Source: Myxococcota bacterium
GTDB taxonomy: Bacteria; Myxococcota_A; Polyangia; Nannocystales; Nannocystaceae
Reading direction: 5' to 3'
Length of the DNA stretch: 64,000 nucleotides
Assembly (NCBI GenBank): GCA_039028615.1
Contig: JBCCHT010000036.1
Location: forward strand, 64,861-128,860
Shown: one piece after another, positions 45,019-54,611 of the stretch
How positions within the stretch are numbered: the first letter of the stretch is position 1
Layout of the letters: the number at the start of each line of letters is the position of its first letter
Made by a program: the position numbers and the translations under genes
The notes under the pieces: generated by a model
The model's input: the letters and a program-made list of their open reading frames with translations, nothing else
Databases searched by the model: none
What the model was told of the DNA's origin: nothing

Positions 45019-47744
45019 CGAACTCATCCAGTCCATCCGCGACCCACGTCCTCACCATGGACGGCCAAGAAGTCTCGTTCGAGCCGGGGGAGACCCTGTA
45101 CGAGATCAGCGAACGGCTTCGCGCCGAGGTTCCCACGCTGTGCTACGACGACCGGCTCGACGCCTTCGGCGGCTGTCGGCTCTGCGTCGTCGAGGTCGAG
45201 GGCTTCCGCAACCCGGTCGCCTCGTGCACCACCAAGGCCACCGCGGGCATGAACGTGCGTACGCGGACGGCCACGCTCGAGCGCCACCGCAAGACGCTGC
45301 TCGAGCTCGTCGCCTCGGAGAACCCCAAGGCCACCATCGATCCCCTGCGCGGGCTGGCCAGCCAGGAGCTGCCCGTGCTGCGCGAGCGCTACGACGTCAG
45401 CGGTGAGCGTTTCGCCGGCCAGCACTCGGGCCAAAGTCGGCTCGACGACCAAAACCCGTTCATCCTGCGGGACTACGACCAGTGTATCTCCTGCTACCGC
45501 TGCGTGCGGGTGTGCGAGGAGCAAGAGGGCGACTACGCCATCAGCATCCGCGGGCGTGGTTTCGACACCAAGATCACGGTCGAGTTCGACGGCCACCTCG
45601 ACGACTCCGCCTGCACCTTCTGTGGGCAGTGCGTGCAGACCTGCCCCACCGGGGCCCTGGCCGACCGCAAGGCCCTGCGCGCCGAGGCCAAGCCCGAGCC
45701 GCTGAAGGCCACCCGCTCCGTCTGCCCCTACTGCGGGGTGGGCTGCTCGGTCGACCTCATGAGCAAGGGCGACGCGCTCGTCGGCATTCGCCCCGCCAAG
45801 GACGGCCCCGCCAACGAGGGAGCCCTGTGCGTCAAAGGCCAGTTCGCCTTCGACTTCGTGCAGCACGAAGACCGCCTCAAGACCCCGCTGGTGCGGGGCA
45901 AAGACGGCGCGCTGCATCCCGCCAGCTGGGACGAAGCCCTCGACCGTGCCGCCGAAGGCCTCGTGCAGGCCCGCGAAAAACACGGGCGCCACAGCACCTA
46001 TGCCGTCGCTTCCGGCCGAGCCCCCCACGAGAGCACCTACGCGCTGCAGAAGCTCATCCGCGCCAGCTACGGGACAAACTATATCGACAACTGTTCTAGA
46101 GCTTGACACGCTCCCACGGTGGCCGGTCTGGCCGCCACGATCGGACGCGGAGCCATGTCCAACCCGCTCAAGGACATGGAAAAACCCGATGTGATCTTCG
46201 CGATCGGGACCAACATGACCGAGTGCCACCCCGTGGCCGCCACTCGGCTCAAGAAGGCGCTGCGCAACGGCGCCACCATGATCGTCGCCGACCCGCGGCG
46301 CATCCACATGGCCGACATCGCCGACCTGTACCTGCCGCTACGGGTGGGCACCGACGTCGCGCTGCTGCTCGGCATGGCGCACGTCATCCAGCGCGAGGGC
46401 CTGCACGACCAGGCCTTCATGGAGGCGCGCACCGAGGACGCCCAGGTATTCCTCGATCACGTCCGCCAGTTCACACCCGAGTGGGCGGAGACCATCTGTG
46501 GAGTGCCGGCCGCCGACATCGAGAAGGCCGCCCTGCTCTACGGCAAGGCCCAGCGCGGCGCCATCTTCTACACGCTCGGCATCACCGAGCACATCTGCGG
46601 CGTCGACAACGTGCAGAGCCTGTGCAACCTCGCGCTCATGACCGGCAACATCGGTCGCGAGGGCACGGGCATCAACCCCATGCGGGGTCAGAACAACATC
46701 CAGGGAGCGGGCGACGCAGGCGGCTTGCCCAACAACTTCCCCGGGTTCCAGCCGGTCACCGATCCCGTCCACGTCAAGCGCTTCAGCGAGAAGTACGGGC
46801 GACCGATCGACGCGGAGAAGGGCATCACCAAGGTCCGTGCCCTCGACCGAGCCGCGGCCGGGGACATGGCCGCGATGATCATCTGCGGCGAGAACACGCT
46901 GGTGTCCGACCCCGACCGCGAGCACTGCGAAAAGGCGCTGAAGCGGCTCGATCACCTGGTGGTCATCGACCTGTTCCTCACCGAGACGGCCGAGGTCGCC
47001 GACGTCGTGCTGCCCGCCAGTGCGTGGGCGGAGACCGATGGCGTCTTCACCAACACCGAGCGCCGCGTCCAGCGGGTTCGGGCCGCCGTGCCGCCCCAGG
47101 GCGAGGCCAAGCCCGAGTGGTGGATCCTCTCGCAGATCGCCAAGCGCATGGGCACGCCCGGCTTCGACTGGGAATCGCCCAAAGAGGTGTTCGACGAGCT
47201 TTGCAGCCTGTCGGGCATCTACAAAGGCGTCAACTGGGAACGGGCCGGCGAAGGTACCTACCAGTGGCCCATCCCCGAAGAAGGCCACCCCGGCACGCCC
47301 CGGCTGCACGAAGAGGACTTCCCCACCGAGTCCGGCCGCGGCAAGTTCATGTGCGTCGGCTATCGCGACCCGGCCGAGGTCGTCTCCCCCGAGTATCCCG
47401 TGTGGCTCACCACCGGACGGCGGCTGCAGCACTACCACACGCGCACCATGACCGGCCGGGCCGGCATGCACTACTTCGTGCCCGAAGAAGTACTCGAGGT
47501 GCATCCTCGAGACGTCGATGAGTGGGGCCTCGCCGACGGGGGCTGGTGTCGCGTCTCGGGCAGCCGCGGCGCGGTCGAGATGCGCGTCGAGGCCAACGAC
47601 CGGTCGCCGCGAGGCACCGTGTTCTGCAGCTTCTCGTTTGGCGACGTCCCGGTGAACATCCTGACCGGGGCCGGCTACGACCCCGTCACCGAGACGGCCG
47701 AGCTCAAGGTCTGCCCGGTTCGGGTCGAGTCGATCGGGCGCTGA
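45015..47744 (+). CDS. fdhF: Formate dehydrogenase alpha subunit, selenocysteine-containing (909 aa, Sec364 at TGA 46104-46106)
   Basis: ORFs 45015..46106 and 46119..47744 are in the same frame. Read-through gives DNCSRA-U-HAPTVAGL, matching the FDH catalytic motif, and a SECIS-like hairpin follows. N-terminal Fe-S motifs, CPYCGVGC, RGQNN.QG, TNTERRVQ, LTTGR. Confidence 0.93.
46104..46136 (+). promoter_or_regulatory. Sec codon and SECIS element
   Basis: TGA, 11 nt, then GGTGGCC-GGTCT-GGCCGCC; same spacing and similar GGUCUG apex as the E. coli fdhF SECIS. Confidence 0.88.
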
Positions 47745-47768
47745 GCCGGCTGCAACCGGCACGTTCAA

Positions 47769-47800
47769 CCGAAGTCGAGCGGTCTCCCGCTCGGCTTCGG
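47769..47800 (+). terminator. Strong hairpin after the FDH operon
   Basis: 14-bp stem CCGAAGTCGAGCGG/CCGCTCGGCTTCGG with one U.G pair and loop TCTC; no U tract. Confidence 0.55.
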
Positions 47801-47908
47801 GCGTAATTGAGCGCATCGCACGCGGCGGTTCGCAAGACTGCGAACAGTCGGTCAGAATCCATGGGGGTCGCGGACTACTTACCGGGGTCCCCGACCCTCC
47901 CGCTCTTC

Positions 47909-50900
47909 ATGTCCGTCGCCTCCAAATGGTTCGACCTGGTCGTCGGCGTCGACCTCCACATGGAGCTCGTGCCGCCCTCCCCCGCGCCGGTGCCGTTCCC
48001 CCATCCCTTCGTCGGCATGGTGTGGGACCCGGTCGGGCTCATCATCGACGAGATGATCGGCGCGGGCATGGCTCTTTTGGGCGCCCCGCCCCCGCCGGGG
48101 CCCGTGCTCATCGGCGGTGTCCCGGCCACTGCCACTGGCGACGAGGCCATGATGCCCACCGGGCACATCCTGCTGCCGCCCGGGGTCTCGTGGGCGCCCA
48201 TCCCCAAGGTGCCCGCGCCCAGCGGGGGCAAAGGGGGCAAGCCCGGCCTCCCCGATCTGCCCGCCCCTCCGGCCGGCGATGCGATGCTCGCCTTCGGCAG
48301 TCAGACGGTCGAGTGGCGCGGCGGTCGAGCGGTCCGCATGGGCGACCCCGCCTTGTCCTGCTCCGACCCGATGCGACTGCCGACCTCGTTCGTCATCTCG
48401 GCCGGCCCCACCCCCGTGCTCGTCGGCGGTCCCGTCGGCCCCGACTGGGCCATGCTCGCCGCCGCGGTCGGGCTCGGGGCGCTGCGAACCAAGTGGGCCT
48501 CGAAGCTCGCGCACGCCGGGATTGAAAAATTCGTCCCCAAGCGCCTCAACCGGGCCCGCGACTTCCTCCACGACGCCGCCTGCTTCGTCACCGGTCACCC
48601 GGTCAACGTCGTCAACGGCAGCATGTTCACCACCTGGGCCGACCTCGAGCTGCCCGGCCCCATCCCGCTTTCGTTCACTCGTCGCTACCGCACCAGCTTC
48701 TGCGATCGCGATACCGGCCTCGGCTACGGCTGGACGCACAACCTCGACCAGCGCCTGTGGCTCGAGGAAGGGCGCGTCGTCTACCTCACCGAAGACGGCC
48801 GCGAGCTCGAGTTCGACACCTGGGAGTTCCCCGACCGAGCCATGCGCAAGGGCGACGAGGTCTTCGACCCCGTCAGTCGCTTCACCCTGCGCGCGCTCGG
48901 CCAGTTCCGCTGGTCGCTCGTCGGCCCCGACGGCCTGCGCCGCGAATTCGGCCCCGTGCCGGGCGAGTCCCCCCGCAACAAAGACCGCGGCCTCGCACGC
49001 CTGCTGTCCATCTCCAACCGCGTCGGTGACACCATCACCTTGGGCTACGACGAGCGGGCCCAGCTGCACCAAATCCGCGACAGCGGCGGCCGCCCCATCG
49101 CGCTCCAATACGACCGCCAGGGCCGAATCGCCACCCTCTGGGTCCCCGCCGCCGACGGCGAGGGCATGCGCCAGCACGCCGCCTTCGCCTACTCCCCCGA
49201 GGGCGACCTCGTGCAGGTCACCGATGCCGTCGGCAAGTCGGTGCGCTTCCGCTACGACCACCACACCCTCGTCCAAGAGACCGACCGCAACGGCCTGAGC
49301 TTCCACTTCGAGTACGAGGGTTGGGGGCCCTTTGCCCGCTGCACGCGAACCTGGGGCGACGGCCGACTCTACGACCACCTCATCACCTACGACGTCAAGG
49401 GGCGCCGCACCGTCGTCGAAGACTCGCTCGGCCACCCCACCCTCTACGAGTGGGGCCCCTACGGCCTCGTCACCTGTGTCACCGATCCCCGCGGCGGCGC
49501 CACCCGCTACGAGTACGACGATTGCCTGCGCCGCACCGTCGTCACCGACCCGCTCGGCCACACCACCCGCACCACCTACGACGCCCGCGGCAACCCCATC
49601 ATGGTCGTCGAGCCCGACGGCGCCATCACGCGGGTCCAGTACGACGAGCACGACGCTCCCCTCGCCCTCCAGACCCCCCGCGGCGGCACCTGGCGGTGGA
49701 CCTACGACCGCGAAGGGCGGCAGCTCACCGAGACCGACCCCCTCGGCCTGAGCACTCGCTTTCACCATCAAGGCGCCCGCCTGGTCGCCATCGACGACCC
49801 TGGCGGGGCGCGAACCACCCTTCACCACGATGGTGCGGGCAACCTCCAGGCGATCGAGCACGCCGACGGTTCCGCTCGGAAGTGGCGTCACGACGCCCTC
49901 GGCCGCCCCATTGTCGAGACCAACGCCAAGGGGGCCAACCGCCGCATCACCTACGACGCGCTCGGTCGAGCCGTCCGCATCGACGAAGCCGACGGCAACA
50001 CCCGCCAGCTCGCCTACGACGGCGAGGGCAACGTCGTGCGGGCCCGCGATCGCCTGCGCGACGTCGCCTTCACCTACCAGGGGCTCGGCGTTCCCACCTC
50101 GCGCACCATCGGCGGCACCACCGTCCGCTTCGAATACGACACCGAAGAGCGCCTCACCGCTTTCATCAACGAAAAGGGCCACGCGTACCGCTTCGAGCGC
50201 GACCCCGCCGGGGACTTGCTCGCCGAGCTGTGCTTCGACGAGACCAAGCGCGTCTACAAGCGCGACGCTGCCGGGCGCATCACCAAGCTGCTGCGGCCGG
50301 GCGTCGGCCGTAGCAGCGAGTACGGTTACGACCCCGCCGGACGGGTGCTGTCCGTCACCCACTCCGATGGCCTGACGGAACAGTTCGTCTACGACGAGCA
50401 GGGCGCGCTCGTCGAGGCCAGCAACACCGACACCACCCTGCGCTTCGAACGCGACCTGCGGGGCCGCGTGGTCGTCGAACATCAGGGCGAGCACTCCGTC
50501 ACTTCGCAGCTCGATCACCGAGGCCTACGGGTGGGTATGGAGTCCTCCATGGGCGGTGCCCTCGAGGTCGCCCGCAACGCCATGGGCGAAGTCGTGGGGC
50601 TCGTCGCCCGGCACGGCGAGCGACGCTGGGAGACCAAGATTACGCGCGACGTCCTCGGGCTGGAGGTCGACCGTCAGCTGCCCGGTGGTGCGCGTTCGTA
50701 TTGGTGGCGCGACGACCTCGGCCGACCCACCCAGCAGTGGGTCGGCAAGGAAAAGAAGCTCGCCCGCGGGCGTAGGTATACGTGGAGCTTCGACGATCGG
50801 CTCACCCAGATCTTCGAGGAGGGCCAAGGCGAGCAGCGCTTCGAGCACGACCCGCGGGGCAACCTCGTCCGCACCACGCTGCCCAACGGGCGCATCGAAT

Positions 50901-51994
50901 CGAGGGTGCCCGATGAGGTCGGCAATTTGTTCCGCACGGCCGAGCAGCAGGACCGGGAGTACGGCGTCGTCGGTGAGCTGAAGAAGGAGCAGACCGCCGA
51001 GGGTGTCGTTACGTATCGGTACGACTCCGAGGGCAACCTCATCGAGCGGGAGCAGCCCGATGGTGGCCTGTGGGCGTACGAGTGGGACGGTGCGGGTCGG
51101 CTGGTGTTGGTGCGCAAGCCCGACGAATCCGAGGTGACCTTCGCCTACGACCCGCTCGGGCGGCGGATCAGCAAGACTGCCGATGGGAAGACTACGCGGT
51201 GGGTGTGGGACGGCGATGTCGTCCTGCACGAGCTTGCTGGTGATGATGGCGAAGAGGTCGTCACCTGGGTCTTCGACCCCGAAGAGTTCTCTCCTGCGGC
51301 GCGGCTCGACGCCGAGGGGGCGCACAGCGTCGTCACCGATCACCTCGGCACCCCGCTGTGCCTCATCGACGAGGCCGGCGAGACGCGCTGGCAGGGCAGT
51401 ATCGATGCTTGGGGCCAGATGCGCATCGCGGGCGACGAAGCGCTGTGCCCGTGGCGGTATCCCGGGCAGTACGAGGATGCCGAGACCGGGCTCTGCTACA
51501 ACCGCTTTCGGTACTTCGATCCCAAGGGCGGCGCGTACATCAGCCGCGACCCGCTCGGCCTCGCGGGCGGCGTCAACCTGCACGGTTACGTCGACGACCC
51601 GCTCGTCGCCTACGACCCGCTCGGTCTCACGCGGAAGGACTACGAGCTAGGGGGTTTCGCCAAAGGAGTCGAGTTCTCCGAAGTCGCCGCGATCAACCGA
51701 AGATTCGGAGGAACGACCGCTCTAACGGGGAGCATCGATGCTGTTCTCGCGAGCGCTGCTCGTCAAAGGGGTTTCTTCAACAAAGCCGCAGTGGTCGTAC
51801 GGGGGATTGCGGGACGCCATCTCTACGACAACGGCAACAAACGAACAGCACACGCCGTACTCGACTTGTTGCGACAGCGAAACGGAGTGAGCAGCGGTGT
51901 CGATCCAACCGAAGTAAGGAAAGCAATTGCCCGGATCGCCCGCGGGGAACTGACAGAAATTCCAGACATCGCCCGAGCGCTTCGAGGCTTCTAA
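47909..51994 (+). CDS. Rhs polymorphic toxin: PAAR-like N-terminus, YD/RHS core, C-terminal Fic/Doc-like domain
   Basis: N-terminal KWFDLVVGVDLH...PHPFVG, GHPVNVVNG...GYGW, YD repeats, RYPGQYEDAETGLCYNRFRYFDP...DPLGL...DPLGL, C-terminal HLYDNGNKRTA. Alternative starts 47861 and 47807. Confidence 0.93.
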   Translation: MSVASKWFDLVVGVDLHMELVPPSPAPVPFPHPFVGMVWDPVGLIIDEMIGAGMALLGAPPPPGPVLIGGVPATATGDEAMMPTGHILLPPGVSWAPIPKVPAPSGGKGGKPGLPDLPAPPAGDAMLAFGSQTVEWRGGRAVRMGDPALSCSDPMRLPTSFVISAGPTPVLVGGPVGPDWAMLAAAVGLGALRTKWASKLAHAGIEKFVPKRLNRARDFLHDAACFVTGHPVNVVNGSMFTTWADLELPGPIPLSFTRRYRTSFCDRDTGLGYGWTHNLDQRLWLEEGRVVYLTEDGRELEFDTWEFPDRAMRKGDEVFDPVSRFTLRALGQFRWSLVGPDGLRREFGPVPGESPRNKDRGLARLLSISNRVGDTITLGYDERAQLHQIRDSGGRPIALQYDRQGRIATLWVPAADGEGMRQHAAFAYSPEGDLVQVTDAVGKSVRFRYDHHTLVQETDRNGLSFHFEYEGWGPFARCTRTWGDGRLYDHLITYDVKGRRTVVEDSLGHPTLYEWGPYGLVTCVTDPRGGATRYEYDDCLRRTVVTDPLGHTTRTTYDARGNPIMVVEPDGAITRVQYDEHDAPLALQTPRGGTWRWTYDREGRQLTETDPLGLSTRFHHQGARLVAIDDPGGARTTLHHDGAGNLQAIEHADGSARKWRHDALGRPIVETNAKGANRRITYDALGRAVRIDEADGNTRQLAYDGEGNVVRARDRLRDVAFTYQGLGVPTSRTIGGTTVRFEYDTEERLTAFINEKGHAYRFERDPAGDLLAELCFDETKRVYKRDAAGRITKLLRPGVGRSSEYGYDPAGRVLSVTHSDGLTEQFVYDEQGALVEASNTDTTLRFERDLRGRVVVEHQGEHSVTSQLDHRGLRVGMESSMGGALEVARNAMGEVVGLVARHGERRWETKITRDVLGLEVDRQLPGGARSYWWRDDLGRPTQQWVGKEKKLARGRRYTWSFDDRLTQIFEEGQGEQRFEHDPRGNLVRTTLPNGRIESRVPDEVGNLFRTAEQQDREYGVVGELKKEQTAEGVVTYRYDSEGNLIEREQPDGGLWAYEWDGAGRLVLVRKPDESEVTFAYDPLGRRISKTADGKTTRWVWDGDVVLHELAGDDGEEVVTWVFDPEEFSPAARLDAEGAHSVVTDHLGTPLCLIDEAGETRWQGSIDAWGQMRIAGDEALCPWRYPGQYEDAETGLCYNRFRYFDPKGGAYISRDPLGLAGGVNLHGYVDDPLVAYDPLGLTRKDYELGGFAKGVEFSEVAAINRRFGGTTALTGSIDAVLASAARQRGFFNKAAVVVRGIAGRHLYDNGNKRTAHAVLDLLRQRNGVSSGVDPTEVRKAIARIARGELTEIPDIARALRGF

Positions 51995-52002
51995 GGACGA
52001 AC

Positions 52003-52326
52003 ATGCCCGATCGGAAAAACACGAACAGGAGAGAAATCCCCCGCATCGCCTCTCTCCTCGGCCTTGCGACGATTGACAGCGACTGGTCGGGAGTCGATCC
52101 AGTGCTCCCGTTGCTGGAGCACATGCGCCAGGAAGGTGCAGTCGTCGTATTCAAGCTGGACGGCGGGCGTGGTCCCGGCGACAACGGCCCCTATACGGGC
52201 ATCGCGTCCGGGCCGCCCCTCGGAGACGATTTCGTCCGAATCGACGCAGATACGCTCGAAGACGCCCTAGCGAGCATCATTGTCGGCTACGCGACCCGTG
52301 TCTGGGGACACCCTCCTTCCGAATGA
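52003..52326 (+). CDS. Putative cognate immunity protein (107 aa)
   Basis: ATG 8 nt after the Rhs stop, with TAAGGA overlapping that stop; it is the tail of ORF 51358..52326. Confidence 0.7.
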   Translation: MPDRKNTNRREIPRIASLLGLATIDSDWSGVDPVLPLLEHMRQEGAVVVFKLDGGRGPGDNGPYTGIASGPPLGDDFVRIDADTLEDALASIIVGYATRVWGHPPSE

Positions 52327-52360
52327 GCGTACATGACGGAGCGACCGACCTAGCAACCCA

Positions 52361-52666
52361 ATGCAAACGCCCAGGACCACCGATGCAGGACCCCGAACGA
52401 TGACTCCCCTCGAGCAATATTTCCGTGGGAACGACGCCTGGCGGTCGTTCGTCGCTGCGGTCGACGGCGGCGCCCCTGCGTCCCCAACACTCCAACGAGC
52501 CCTCGGCGACGACGTCGAGTTGGCTCGCGTCGTCAGCTTCATCATCGGGCCAACCGCCGAGGAGTGGATCACCAAGCAAGTGCCCGCCCTGGACGGCCTG
52601 ACGCCGATTGAATGTGTAGCAACGGGCAAGACCGAGCGGCTCAAGACCATGCTGATGCGGATGTAG
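52361..52666 (+). CDS. Small protein resembling the Xre/MbcA/ParS antitoxin toxin-binding domain
   Basis: C-terminal AEEWITKQVPALDGLTPIECVATGKTERLKTMLMRM fits the W...PAL.G.TP pattern of that domain (by eye); start could be ATG 52400. Confidence 0.55.
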   Translation: MQTPRTTDAGPRTMTPLEQYFRGNDAWRSFVAAVDGGAPASPTLQRALGDDVELARVVSFIIGPTAEEWITKQVPALDGLTPIECVATGKTERLKTMLMRM

Positions 52667-52743
52667 CTGGGGAGTGCACTCGTGGCGCCCCACAGCGCGG
52701 CACACCAACCACGAAGATCCACTGAGTTCGGGGAAGCCGATCA

Positions 52744-53115
52744 ATGAGCGAGAAACGCCGAAAGATCCCCACGGCTGCGGACGTCGAATGAGCCTCCGAA
52801 GCGTTGAAGAAGCGGCGCTGTGGTCTCAGCGATATCAGGGACAGGGTCCTCGAGCGCTTTCGGGACGAACCTGCCCTCCACGATTCATTCGTGCTGGATG
52901 GGCCATCGGAGATGGTCTACGCCACGTTCTTCCATCGCCAGGCCGCGGATATCGACGCGGCCCTCGCATCCGGCCTGTCGGCGAGGCTTTCGCACGCCGT
53001 GCGGGAGGAACTCAGGCGTGTCGGGCGAGACGTGAAGGCTGTCGAGTTCGAGTTCGACAGCCACGAGAACGTCGAGAAGAACTTCGAGGGCGACTACTTC
53101 CTGCGGTTCCGTTGA
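52744..53115 (+). pseudogene. Small immunity-like gene interrupted by an in-frame TGA (52789-52791); alternatively an intact CDS from TTG 52804
   Basis: ATG 52744 reads MSEKRRKIPTAADVE*ASEALKKRRCGLSDIR..., in frame with ORF 52804..53115. Confidence 0.5.
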
Positions 53116-53276
53116 ACATCGCGCCCTCCGCCCCGGAGTCCAGTTCGAGTTGGCTCGAAGGCGACCGACGACACGGGGTGACCAAGACGGGCCGAGGTGA
53201 AGTAAACTCGGACAGAACCACGCCCCGCGGCGACTACTCGTAAAGCGATGCCCGACACCCCCGACGCGAGCCGCCC

Positions 53277-53531
53277 ATGGACTCACCGAACGACGCGCTG
53301 CGAACCACCTTGGAATCGCTACTCCGTCGCGGAGCGTCGCACGACGAGCTGCGGGCAGCCTTGGTTGCTTTCAAGGAGCGCGGGGGCCTACAGCAAGACG
53401 CGGTCGAGATCCTCTACGCCCTCCGTGCGTGGGCGCCCGATGAAGCAACCGAAGACCTCGTGCTCGACACGCTCGACTTCGCGACCGGTTGGTGCCGAGC
53501 GGAGATCCGTGTTTGGGGAACCGAGGGTTGA
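53277..53531 (+). CDS. Small helical hypothetical protein (84 aa), immunity-like by context
   Basis: Amphipathic acidic ORF ending DTLDFATGWCRAEIRVW; lies in the post-Rhs array. Confidence 0.6.
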   Translation: MDSPNDALRTTLESLLRRGASHDELRAALVAFKERGGLQQDAVEILYALRAWAPDEATEDLVLDTLDFATGWCRAEIRVWGTEG

Positions 53532-53790
53532 TCCGGGCTCGCGGGAGGCATCGCTGACAGAGCTGGCCGAGCTACTGACGTCCGTGTCCCGGGCGAGCAC
53601 GAACGACGAGTGAACGGTCGCGGCGCGACGACGCTCGGCCCACGATGAGTCCGTAGTGCGGCCAGCGGTCCGGGCCGTGCGCCTGCGAACGCTGCTCGGT
53701 GGTCCGACCCCAGCGGGCTCCCTGTCGACTGTTTACGCCATAATTCGTGTCCATTCGCGTTTGTCTCGATTCGCGGCGACGATACTCCTC

Positions 53791-54507
53791 GTGCCCCGGT
53801 TCGCGCTGATCCCCTTGCTCGTCCTTCCGATGATCGCGTGCCAGCCGGCGGGCGACACCGACGTGTCGGCTCGCTTCGATGCAATCGACGAACGCCTGAC
53901 CTCCATCGAGACGAAGCTCGACGAGGCGGCGGCGAAGGTCGACCAGATGTCGACGTGGGCGAGCGAGCAGCGGGCGGAGGACGAGCGCAAGCGCAAGGAA
54001 CGGGAAGAGCTGAAGAGCGAGCGGGATGCTCGGCGGGCGGAGCTCGAGGCCCGGCGAGCGGAGCGACGGGAGCAACGGCGATCGCTGCGAGAAAGCGGCG
54101 AGAGCACGCTCGGAACGCCGGAGACGGACGACACGTCCGAGCTGATGGCGGAAGGCATCCGATGCGAGCCGATGCGCGACGACCAGCAGCCATGCAGCAT
54201 CGACCGCGCGCTACTGGACGAGCTGCTGGCGAACCCGGCGAGGCTGAGCAAGCAGGCGCGCGTGGTTCCCCGAATGCGAGACGGCGAGTCCGATGGCTTC
54301 AAGCTCTACGGGATTCGCCCGGGGAGCCTGCCGAAGCAGCTCGGGCTCAAGAACGGGGACACGGTGCGGATGGTCAACGGGCGCGCGCTGCTGTCGATCG
54401 ATGACGCGATGGACGCCTACATGAAGCTGCGCAAGTCGAAGAAGCTGGAGTTCGAGATCGAGCGCAAGGGCAAAGTCTTCGACCTGGTGATCGACATCGT
54501 GGAATGA
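53791..54507 (+). CDS. Lipoprotein with coiled coil and GspC-like PDZ domain
   Basis: Lipobox-like MIAC; KQARVVP...GFKLYGIRPGS...LGLKNGDTV..VNG...IERKG; start uncertain. Confidence 0.75.
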   Translation: MPRFALIPLLVLPMIACQPAGDTDVSARFDAIDERLTSIETKLDEAAAKVDQMSTWASEQRAEDERKRKEREELKSERDARRAELEARRAERREQRRSLRESGESTLGTPETDDTSELMAEGIRCEPMRDDQQPCSIDRALLDELLANPARLSKQARVVPRMRDGESDGFKLYGIRPGSLPKQLGLKNGDTVRMVNGRALLSIDDAMDAYMKLRKSKKLEFEIERKGKVFDLVIDIVE

Positions 54508-54611
54508 GCCGGCAATCGTTGCGGGGTGGCAGCGCAGTTTTTGCTGGTGTCGAGGCCCCGGATTCGTTTTGACAGTCGGGGTTGTCGGGTCAGTCTCTGG
54601 CTCGAGAAACG

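Noticed and set aside
45015..47744. FDH alpha as two genes or as a pseudogene
   Set aside because: The stop is an in-frame TGA at the catalytic residue with a correctly spaced SECIS-like hairpin.
52674..52740. TNHEDPLS resembling an orphan Rhs DPxG junction
   Set aside because: Too short and degenerate, with no upstream core motif.
53641..53700. GATGAGTCCG resembling a hammerhead ribozyme core
   Set aside because: Lacks the CUGAUGA and GAAA core and the flanking stems.
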